Shown in pieces: positions 13,125-25,100 of a DNA stretch of 64,000 nt (positions within the stretch are counted from its first letter, which is position 1; each line of letters starts with the position of its first letter). The stretch is from Eledone cirrhosa (Eukaryota). The stretch lies in NCBI GenBank assembly GCA_964016885.1, contig OZ024744.1:102114001-102178000 (forward strand). The letters run 5' to 3'. A program made the translations under genes and the position numbers. The notes below the pieces were generated by a model. The model did not search any database. It saw only the letters and a program-made list of their open reading frames with translations, and was not told the origin of the DNA.

Positions 13125-16100
13125 GGTTTAGCGTCCGTGTTCCACGTTTGCATGGGTTTGGACGGGGGTTTTCCCATTTGAGGCAAGAGTGGTTGTCTTG
13201 CTCGCATAGGACTGTCTGGCGGGTTTTCTAGTTGGATGCCCTTCCTAACACCAACCACATTTACAGTGTGGGGCTGGGAGGTTTTTACTGTGTTGCCTAC
13301 ACGGCCACATTACAGCGTGGACTGTCTGGCGGGTTTTCTACAGCTGGATGCCCTTCCTAACACCAACCACATTTACAGTGTGGGGCTGGGAGGTTTTTAC
13401 CGTGTTGCCTACACGGCCACATTTACAGCGTGGACTGTGTGTTTTTTGTCGTGACACCTACACGATCTCATTTGTTTCGGCCTGGATGTTGTGGGACCAA
13501 CATAACTTTACATTGAAAGGGGCGGTGTGGGTGGGGTGGAGGTGGTGGGACGGGGGTGTGTTTTGATAGAGGTGCCTACTGACTGTAGTAGGTTTTTACT
13601 TTGTATTTAGGTAAGGCGGGTCTTCTCTATTACTGAGTACCGCCAAAGGTCTCGGTCCAGTGACATTGTCTTGGAGAGGTGTAAGCGTGTGAGGTCGGAA
13701 TTTATCAGCTCGTCCCATGTTTTTCTGGGTCTGCCTACTCCGTGGCTACCGTCTATCTTTATTGCCCTGCACTTTGTTATACAGCTGTCGTCTTTCATGC
13801 GCATCACGTGACCGTACCAACGTAGCCTTCTCTCGAGTAAACAACATCTGATCCCTCTTATTTCTAATTTTTTCCTTAGTTCGTTTATGCTTTGCCGTTC
13901 ACGTATATTACTATTGCACATCCAGCGGAGCATGCAAGCTTCGTTCCTCTCTAGTCTGCGTATATCCTCTGCACACAATGCCCAGGTCTCACTGCCATGC
14001 AGCATTGCTGTTCGTATGCAGGCATCGTATAACCTGCCTTTCATTTTTAGGGAGAACCCTCTAGCGGCTAATAGTGGTATAAGCTCTCTGAACTTTTTCC
14101 ATCCAGTTCTGACTCTAGCTACTGTACTTTCAGAGCACCCTCCCCCACTGCTGATTTTGTCACCCAGATAACGGAAGCTGTCCACTATTTCTATAGAACC
14201 CTCTGCGCAGTTGAAGGAGCTAGTATTTTGTGGGCACTTGCTGCTACTTATTGCACCAGAGCACCGGCCACATGTAAAATCTATGTTCTTAGTTAGCTTA
14301 CCTGTGATCCCACTACATCTTTTATGCACCCATACTTTGCATTTGGGACATAAAATGGAGTTTCTACCTACGCCTTTCCTACACACTGAGCATGGCCATT
14401 TCCCCGATGGGACCGCCGCCTTATTTTCTTTCCTACAAACTAGAACTTTAGTCTTAGCCAGGTTAATTTTAAGGCCTTTTGATTCTAGGCCGTGCTTCCA
14501 CGTTTGGAATTTCTTCTCTAGTTCGGTCATTGATTCAGCTATGAGCGTTAGATCATCTGCGTATAGGAGTTCCCATGGGCAGCCGGTCTTGAACTCCTCT
14601 GTTATAGCCTGAAGGGCAATAATAAATAGTAGGGGGCTAAGTACAGAGCCCTGATGGACACCAACTTTTACGCTAAACTCTTCTACGCTAAAAAATAATT
14701 CCCATAATCTTCTGCTCAACTAAGATATGTTTTAAATTCCAGCTATAATTTTTTACCAAAATGATATTTAAACATTTTTCAGTTAATTGATTCTAAAGAG
14801 CTCTAATACAATCATAAGTATTCTATTGCTATTGACCTGCTACAGCATGGGGCTACTTTTGTATGTCCCTGCCATCATCATCATCTTCATTTAACGTCCA
14901 TCTTCCACGCTAGCATGGGTTAGATGGGAATTGTCCCACTTCAGGCAAGGTTGGTCGGGTGACCGTGTCTCGCTCATATAGGACTATCTGGCAGGTTTTC
15001 TATGGGTGGATGCCCTTCCTAACACCAACCACATTTACAGTGTGGAACTGGGAACTTTTTACCAGGTTACACGGCCACATTACAGCGTGGACTGTTTTGT
15101 TTTTTTGTGACACCTACACGATCTCATAATCTCATTTATTTGGACTGGATGTTGTGGTACCAACTTTACAGAGAGGGTGGTGTTGGTGGGAGTGGGAGGA
15201 TAGAGTAGGGGTAGTGGATTGGGGTGTATATTTGGTTTCCATTTCAACAGCAATATTTTAAGGCTGATTGGTCTTGTTGCCAACCATTAAGTCACTTCTC
15301 ACAACAGATATTGTAAAACTTTGTCACACATTTATATTTATAATTTTAAGTATAATGTATATGTACATATAAAGTTATTTTAACTCTTGTTAATTATTAT
15401 CTAAATTTATATAGTTTCTCAGAGTTTTTCTTCACCATCACAAGAAATTTTAAAGAAAGAAAAGGCAAAGAAAACAACTTCTGAAAGTAAGAATTTTTAC
15501 ATTTTATTTGAGAGACGAAATGAGAGAAGGAAACGCATGACGCTGAGGGAAAGAGCTAGAGTTAAGCAACAAAAGAAAGGGAACGAGGTGACACTCTATA
15601 CCTAAGTCAGTGGTGTTTTAGCTGCACCTTATGGAGTAAATGGCATGGCATAGTCATGGACAATGGCCAGCGACACCTACTGCAACAGCCATCCCAGCTT
15701 GTGCTGCTCCTTCCTCAGACGAGTTGCTGTCATTGCGATTTTATGGTGGAGGTCAGCTGCACTGGGTTGGAGTATGCCAGAGATCTGGACAGCAACCAGA
15801 CAAGCTTTGGTATTTGCTTATTGTGGGTCACAGTACTAGGGTTCATGGCTGAAGCTACTAGGTTGGAGGCGGAAATTGTGTTGCAGCATGTGACGTCCAG
15901 AGATTTTTTTTTTTTTTATTGTAATAAATTTGCTGTAGGTTTTATTAGTCGTAGGTTTTTTTTTCTATTTTATACTCAACTAAGACAAAAATAATTCCCA
16001 TAATCTTCTGCTCAACTAAGATATGTTGTAAATTCCAGCTATAATTTTTTACCAAAATGATATTTAAACATTTTTCAGTTAATTGATTCTAAATAGCTCT

Positions 16101-19100
16101 AATACAATCATAAGTATTCTATTGCTATTGACCTGCTACAGCATGGGGCTACTTTTCTAAGTCGCTGCCATCATCATCATCTTCATTTAACATCCATCTT
16201 CCACGCTAGCATGGGTTAGACGGGAATTGTCCCACTTCAGGCAAGGTTGGTCGGGTGACCGTGTCTCGCTCATATAGGACTATCTGGCAGGTTTTCTATG
16301 TCTGGATGCCCTTCCTAACACCAACCACATTTACAGTGTGGAACTGGGAACTTTTTACCAGGTTACACGGCCACATTACAGCGTGGACTGTTTTGTTTTT
16401 TGTGACACCTACACGATCTCATAATCTCATTTATTTGGACTGGATGTTGTGGTACCAACTTTACAGAGAGGGTGGTGTTGGTGGGAGTGGGAGGATAGAG
16501 TAGGGGTAGTGGATTGGGGTGTATATTTGGTTTCCATTTCAACAGCAATATTTTAAGGGCTGAGTGGTCTTGTTGCCAACCATTTAAGTCACTTCTCACA
16601 ACAGATATTGTAAAACTTTGTCACGCATTTATATTTATAATTTTAAGTATAATGTATATGTACATATAAAGTTATTTTAACTCTTGTTAATTATTATCTA
16701 AATTTATATAGCTTCTCAGAGTTTTTCTTCACTATCACCATCACAAGAAATTTTAAAGAAAGAAAAGGCAAAGAAAACAACTTCTGAAAGTAAGAATTTT
16801 TACATTTTATTTGAGAGACGAAATGAGAGAAGGAAACGCATGACGCTGAGGGAAAGAGCTAGAGTTAAGCAACAAAAGAAAGGGAACGAGGTGACACTCT
16901 ATACCTAAGTCAGTGGTGTTTTAGCTGCACCTTATGGAGTAAATGGCATGGCATAGTCATGGACAATGGCCAGCGACACCTACTGCAACAGCCATCCCAG
17001 CTTGTGCTGCTCCTTCCTCAGACGAGTTGCTGTCATTGCGATTTTATGGTGGAGGTCAGCTGCACTGGGTTGGAGTATGCCAGGCTGATTGCTCTTGTTG
17101 CCAACCATTTAAGTCACTTCTCACAACAGATATTGTAAAACTTTGTCACGCATTTATATTTATAATTTTAAGTATAATTTATATGTACATATAAAGTGTT
17201 GTCTAAACATTGTTTCTAGATTTCCTATTGATGCTATTTCACAGGTGTTTTTGATGCTATTTCACAGGTGTTTTTAAGGAAAATATTGTTTGCTTTATGA
17301 AAATTTTCTCCAAACTTAGGGTGCTATAAACATTCACATATGCACCAATGTACAGAAGAAATTATGTTCTATAGTTTCCTACATTTCTTATCACCTTGGT
17401 TGGTGATAAGGAGGGCATCCAGTTGTAGAAACTATGCCAAAAACAAAGATATAAAACTTGGTCACATATTTATTTTTATAATTTTAAGTATAATTTAAAT
17501 GTAGATATAAAGTTATTTTAGCTATGTGTTGTTATTATTATCTAAATTTATATAGCTGCTCAGAAGGTGGAAAAAAAATCTTCAGTAGCAGCACCAGCAC
17601 CACAAGAAATTAAAAAGAAAGAAAAGGCCAAGAAAACAACTTCTGAAAGTAAGAATTTTTTTTTTTTTTTAAATTGTAGTAAAGTTTCTGATTAGGTTTT
17701 ATTTGTCAGTGTAGTCTTTTTCTATTTTATACTCAACTAAGAAGAAATGTTTTTATATCTCATATCTTTAAGATAAGTACTGGGGCTTGCTGTAATCACC
17801 TTTTTCTTTCCCCTTGAAACTGCTGGTCTTCACTAAATTAGAAACCCTCATTATTATGTGTTAGTTTGGAGAACATACATTAAATGATGATCTATGCATA
17901 GTAAATGATGATACACAGATTAAAGCAATGCTTTGTGATGCAAGTTCACCAATCATGCAAAAACAATGTATTTAATGGGGTGTAGTTAAATTAAACTTGA
18001 TATATTTTAGATATGATCTGATAATACTGTATTTAATGGGGTGTGGTTAAATTAAATTGGTATATTTAGATATGATCGTATAGAAGTACTGTATTTAATG
18101 TGATGTAATTAAATTAAACATTTATTTTAGATATGATCTGATAATACTGTATTTAATGGGGTGTGGTTAAATTAAACTGGTATATTTAGATATGATCTGA
18201 TAATACTCTCTATTTAATGGGATGTTGTATTAAACTGGTATATTTAGATATAATACTCAATGTAATTGTAAGTGTAACAGAATAGTTTAATGTCTGCTCC
18301 ATATCTTTTATTTGAATAACTGCCACACCTGAATACTTAATCTTATATCATTGGTGTTAAGATTAAATGATTGTTACCAACCTTAATTTTGTCAAAATTT
18401 TTCACTATTATATCATTAATAATTAAGTTGACTGTTTTTGTATTGTCCACTCACCACCCACTCTTTTTTTTTTTTTGTTTATATTTTTGTTAAATTTAGA
18501 AACATTTTTTTCAAATCTTATAAATTTATTATTTCAATATTTTCAGAGGTGGATGATCAATCAAATAAAAAAACTATAGTTGAAACTATATTCGGAAAGG
18601 TAATTCTAAATTTAACTATTTAAAATTTAGGAAACTTATTTCAGAATCTTAAATCTGATGTTTGCTAAAATGTGTTTTATACTTTTTTTTTTTTTTTTTT
18701 TTTTTTATAGAAAGTCAAAGATGTTGCTACTGTGTCAAAAGAGTTTGATGAAAAACAGCTAAAAAAAGGTTTGTGTAGCATTTAAAAAAAAATTTTTTTT
18801 TTTTTTTTTAAAATAAAACTTGTTTAACATTCATTCTGTAACTGAGGTGACATTTGACTGAAGTACTCCCAGGCTTGAATAATCTCCCCCACCTCACCCA
18901 TATTTATTAATTTTTCAGATGGTTGATCACTATAAATAATGGCTCGTTGCTATGAACAGTGGTTGACTGATTGCTATAATCAATGGAACAATAGTTCATC
19001 GCTATAAACTGTGGTTCATTGCTATAGACTGGTTCATCGCTATAGACTGTGGTTCATGACTATAGACTGGTTCATCGCTATAGACTGTGGTTCATGGCTA

Positions 19101-22100
19101 TAGACTGTGGTTCATTGCTATAGACTGTGGTTCATGGCTATAGACTGTGGTTCATTGCTATAGACTGTGGTTCATGGCTATAGACTGTGGTTCATGGCTA
19201 TAGACTGTGGTTCATGGCTATAGACTGTGGTTCATTGCTATAGACTGTGGTTCATGGCTATAGACTGTGGTTCATGGCTATAGACTGTGGTTCATGGCTA
19301 TAGACTGTGGTTCATGGCTATAGACTGTGGTTCATTGCTATAGACTGTGGTTCATTGCTATAGACTGTGGTTCATTGCTATAGACTGTGGTTCATGGCTA
19401 TAGACTGTGGTTCATGGCTATAGACTGGTTCATGGCTATAGACTGGTTCATGACTATAGACTGGTTCATCGCTATAGACTGTGGTTCATGGCTATAGACT
19501 GTGGTTCATTGCTATAGACTGTGGTTCATGGCTATAGACTGTGGTTCATGGCTATAGACTGTGGTTCATGGCTATAGACTGTGGTTCATGGCTATAGACT
19601 GTGGTTCATGGCTATAGACTGTGGTTCATTGCTATAGACTGTGGCTCATGGCTATAGACTGTGGTTCATTGCTATAGACTGTGGTTCATGGCTATAGACT
19701 GTGGTTCATGGCTATAGACTGTGGCTCATGGCTATAGACTGTGGTTCATTGCTATAGACTGTGGTTCATGGCTATAGACTGTGGTTCATGGCTATAGACT
19801 GTGGTTCATGGCTATAGACTGTGGTTCATGGCTATAGACTGTGGTTCATGGCTATAGACTGTGGTTCATGGCTATAGACTGTGGTTCATGGCTATAGACT
19901 GTGGTTCATGGCTATAGACTGTGGTTCATGGCTATAGACTGTGGTTCATGGCTATAGACTGTGGTTCATTGCTATAGACTATGGTTCATTGCTATAGACT
20001 GTGGTTCATGGCTATAGACTGTGGTTCATGGCTATAGACTGTGGTTCATTGCTATAGACTGTGGTTCATGGCTATAGACTGTGGTTCATTGCTATAGACT
20101 GTGGTTCATTGCTATAGACTGTGGTTCATTGCTATAGACTGGTTCATTGCTATAGACTGTGGTTCATTGCTATAGACTGTGGTTCATGGCTATAGACTGT
20201 GGTTCATGGCTATAGACTGTGGTTCATTGCTATAGACTGTGGTTCATGGTTATAGACTGTGGTTCATGGCTATAGACTGTGGTTCATGGCTATAGACTGT
20301 GGTTCATTGCTATAGACTGTGGTTCATTGCTATAGACTGTGGTTCATTGCTATAGACTGGTTCATTGCTATAGACTGTGGTTCATTGCTATAGACTGTGG
20401 TTCATTGCTATAGACTGTGGTTCATTGCTATAGACTGTGGTTCATGGTTATAGACTGTGGTTCATGGCTATAGACTGTGGTTCATGGCTATAGACTGTGG
20501 TTCATGGCTATAGACTGTGGTTCATGGTTATAGACTGTGGTTCATGGCTATAGACTGTGGTTCATGGCTATAGACTGTGGTTCATTGCTATAGACTGTGG
20601 TTCATTGCTATAGACTGTGGTTCATTGCTATAGACTGTGGTTCATGGCTATAGACTGTGGTTCATTGCTATAGACTGTGGTTCATTGCTATAGACTGTGG
20701 TTCATGGCTATAGACTGTGGTTCATGGCTATAGACTGTGGTTCATGGCTATAGACTGTGGTTCATGGCTATAGACTGTGGTTCATGGCTATAGACTGTGG
20801 TTCATGGCTATAGACTGTGGTTCATTGCTATAGACTGTGGTTCATGGCTATAGACTGTGGTTCATGGCTATAGACTGTGGTTCATTGCTATAGACTGTGG
20901 TTCATGGCTATAGACTGTGGTTCATTGCTATAGACTGTGGTTCATTGCTATAGACTGGTTCATTGCTATAGACTGTGGTTCATGGCTATAGACTGTGGTT
21001 CATTGCTATAGACTGTGGTTCATGGTTATAGACTGTGGTTCATGGCTATAGACTGTGGTTCATGGCTATAGACTGTGGTTCATGGCTATAGACTGTGGTT
21101 CATGGTTATAGACTGTGGTTCATGGCTATAGACTGTGGTTCATGGCTATAGACTGTGGTTCATTGCTATAGACTGTGGTTCATTGCTATAGACTGTGGTT
21201 CATTGCTATAGACTGTGGTTCATGGCTATAGACTGTGGTTCATTGCTATAGACTGTGGTTCATTGCTATAGACTGTGGTTCATGGCTATAGACTGTGGTT
21301 CATTGCTATAGACTGTGGCTCATGGCTATAGACTGCGGTTCATGGCTATAGACTGCGGTTCATGGCTATAGACTGCGGTTCATGGCTATAGACTGTGGTT
21401 CATGGCTATAGACTGTGGTTCATGGCTATAGACTGTGGTTCATGGCTATAGACTGTGGTTCATGGCTATAGACTGTGGTTCATGGCTATAGACTGTGGTT
21501 CATTGCTATAGACTGTGGTTCATGGCTATAGACTGTGGTTCATGGCTATAGACTGTGGTTCATGGCTATAGACTGTGGTTCATGGCTATAGACTGTGGTT
21601 CATGGCTATAGACTGGTTCATGGCTATAGACTGTGGTTCATTGCTATAGACTGTGGTTCATTGCTATAGACTGTGGTTCATTGCTATAGACTGTGGTTCA
21701 TGGCTATAGACTGTGGTTCATGACTATAGACTGTGGTTCATGGCTATAGACTGTGGTTCATGGCTATAGACTGTGGTTCATGGCTATAGACTGTGGTTCA
21801 TGGCTATAGACTGTGGTTCATGGCTATAGACTGTGGTTCATTGCTATAGACTGTGGTTCATGGCTATAGACTGTGGTTCATGGCTATAGACTGTGGTTCA
21901 TTGCTATAGACTGTGGTTCATGGCTATAGACTGTGGTTCATGGCTATAGACTGTGGTTCATTGCTATAGACTGTGGTTCATGGCTATAGACTGTGGTTCA
22001 TGGCTATAGACTGTGGTTCATTGCTATAGACTGTGGTTCATGGCTATAGACTGTGGTTCATTGCTATAGACTGTGGTTCATGGCTATAGACTGTGGTTCA

Positions 22101-25100
22101 TGGCTATAGGCTGTGGTTCATGGCTATAGGCTGTGGTTCATGGCTATAGACTGTGGTTCATGGCTATAGACTGTGGTTCATGGCTATAGACTGTGGTTCA
22201 TGGCTATAGACTGTGGTTCATGGCTATAGACTGTGGTTCATGGCTATAGACTGAGGTTCATGGCTATAGACTGCGGTTCATGGCTATAGACTGCGGTTCA
22301 TGGCTATAGACTGCGGTTCATGGCTATAGACTGCGGTTCATGGCTATAGACTGCGGTTCATGGCTATAGACTGCGGTTCATGGCTATAGACTGTGGTTCA
22401 TCGCTATAGACTGTGGTTCATGGCTATAGACTGAGGTTCATGGCTATAGACTGCGGTTCATGGCTATAGACTGCGGTTCATGGCTATAGACTGCGGTTCA
22501 TGGCTATAGACTGTGGTTCATCGCTATAGACTGTGGTTCATGGCTATAGACTGAGGTTCATGGCTATAGACTGCGGTTCATGGCTATAGACTGCGGTTCA
22601 TGGCTATAGACTGCGGTTCATGGCTATAGACTGCGGTTCATGGCTATAGACTGCGGTTCATGGCTATAGACTGTGGTTCATTGCTATAGACTGTGGTTCA
22701 TGGCTATAGACTGTGGTTCATGGCTATAGACTGTGGTTCATGGCTATAGACTGTGGTTCATGGCTATAGACTGTGGTTCATGGCTATAGACTGTGGTTCA
22801 TGGCTATAGACTGTGGTTCATGGCTATAGACTGTGGTTCATTGCTATAGACTGTGGTTCATGGCTATAGACTGTGGTTCATGGCTATAAACTGTGGTTCA
22901 TGGCTATAGACTGTGGTTCATGGCTATAGACTGTGGTTCATGGCTATAGACTGTGGTTCATGGCTATAGACTGTGGTTCATGGCTATAGACTGTGGTTCA
23001 TGGCTATAAACTGTGGTTCATGGCTATAGACTGTGGTTCATGGCTATAGACTGTGGTTCATGGCTATAGACTGTGGTTCATTGCTATAGACTGTGGTTCA
23101 TGGCTATAGACTGTGGTTCATGGCTATAGACTGTGGTTCATGGCTATAGACTGTGGTTCATTGCTATAGACTGTGGTTCATGGCTATAGACTGTTGTTCA
23201 TGGCTATAAACTGTGGTTCATGGCTATAGACTGTGGTTCATGGCTATAGACTGTGGTTCATGGCTATAGACTGTGGTTCATGGCTATAGACTGTGGTTCA
23301 TGGCTATAGACTGTGGTTCATGGCTATAGACTGTGGTTCATGGCTATAAACTGTGGTTCATGGCTATAGACTGTGGTTCATGGCTATAGACTGTGGTTCA
23401 TGGCTATAGACTGTGGTTCATTGCTATAGACTGTGGTTCATGGCTATAGACTGTGGTTCATGGCTATAGACTGTGGTTCATGGCTATAGACTGTGGTTCA
23501 TGGCTATAGACTGTGGTTCATGGCTATAGACTGTGGTTCATGGCTATAGACTGTGGTTCATGGCTATAGACTGTGGTTCATTGCTATAGACTGTGGTTCA
23601 TGGCTATAGACTGTGGTTCATGGCTATAGACTGTGGTTCATGGCTATAGACTGTGGTTCATTGCTATAGACTGTGGTTCATTGCTATAGACTGTGGTTCA
23701 TGGCTATAGACTGTGGTTCATGGCTATAGACTGTGGTTCATGGCTATAGACTGTGGTTCATTGCTATAGACTGTGGTTCATGGCTATAGACTGTGGTTCA
23801 TGGCTATAGACTGTGGTTCATTGCTATAGACTGTGGTTCATTGCTATAGACTGTGGTTCATGGCTATAGACTGTGGTTCATTGCTATAGACTGTGGTTCA
23901 TGGCTATAGACTGTGGTTCATGGCTATAGACTGTGGTTCATGGCTATAGACTGTGGTTCATGGCTATAGACTGTGGTTCATGGCTATAGACTGTGGTTCA
24001 TTGCTATAGACTGTGGTTCATGGCTATAGACTGTGGTTCATGGCTATAAACTGTGGTTCATGGCTATAGACTGTGGTTCATGGCTATAGACTGTGGTTCA
24101 TGGCTATAGACTGTGGTTCATGGCTATAGGCTGTGGTTCATGGCTATAGACTGTGGTTCATGGCTATAGACTGTGGTTCATGGCTATAGACTGTGGTTCA
24201 TTGCTATAGACTGTGGTTCATGGCTATAAACTGTGGTTCATTGCTATAGACTGCGGTTCATGGCTATAGACTGCGGTTCATGGCTATAGACTGTGGTTCA
24301 TGGCTATAGACTGTGGTTCATGGCTATAGACTGTGGTTCATGGCTATAGACTGTGGTTCATTGCTATAGACTGTGGTTCATGGCTATAGACTGTGGTTCA
24401 TGGCTATAGACTGTGGTTCATGGCTATAGACTGTGGTTCATGGCTATAGACTGCGGTTCATGGCTATAGACTGCGGTTCATGGCTATAGACTGCGGTTCA
24501 TGGCTATAGACTGCGGTTCATGGCTATAGACTGCGGTTCATGGCTATAGACTGCGGTTCATGGCTATAGACTGTGGTTCATGGCTATAGACTGTGGTTCA
24601 TGGCTATAGACTGTGGTTCATTGCTATAGACTGCGGTTCATTGCTATAGACTGCGGTTCATGGCTATAGACTGCGGTTCATCGCTATAGACTGCGGTTCA
24701 TCGCTATAGACTGCGGTTCATCGCTATAGACTGTGGTTCATGGCTATAGACTGTGGTTCATGGCTATAGACTGTGGTTCATGGCTATAGACTGCGGTTCA
24801 TCGCTATAGACTGCGGTTCATCGCTATAGACTGCGGTTCATCGCTATAGACTGCGGTTCATCGCTATAGACTGTGGTTCATGGCTATAGACTGTGGTTCA
24901 TGGCTATAGACTGTGGTTCATGGCTATAGACTGTGGTTCATGGCTATAAACATTTAAGAAAATCAGGTCATTTACGTTGAGATTGCTACATTTCAAATTG
25001 GAAATTTTCCATGTTTAAGTTTTTAAGGTATATATATATATATATATATATATTTTTTCTTTTTAGTTAATGCTGAAAAAGAGAAACTGGAACATGAATT

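Larger units (their letters stand above)
8617..17740 (+). repeat. Nested tandem segmental duplications carrying exons R1-R7
   Basis: ~1.3-kb unit at ~11090, ~12400 (LINE-interrupted), ~15285, and partially at ~16585; segment 8617-9125 recurs at ~17207-17737. Confidence 0.93.

Noticed and set aside
13887-14612. + strand ORFs 13887-14171 and 14211-14612 (and 28255-28635 minus)
   Set aside because: Antisense shadows of the RTE ORF.
11452-17194. Repeated + strand ORFs MAWHSHG.../MDNGQRH... as a small gene family
   Set aside because: They are the antisense of a decayed CRE retroelement carried in the duplicated intron.
17085-17196. An eighth repeat exon
   Set aside because: The upstream intron block is present but breaks off before the acceptor; no exon follows.
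19000-24950. CRISPR-like array
   Set aside because: Head-to-tail repeats with no unique spacers, eukaryotic context, no cas genes.
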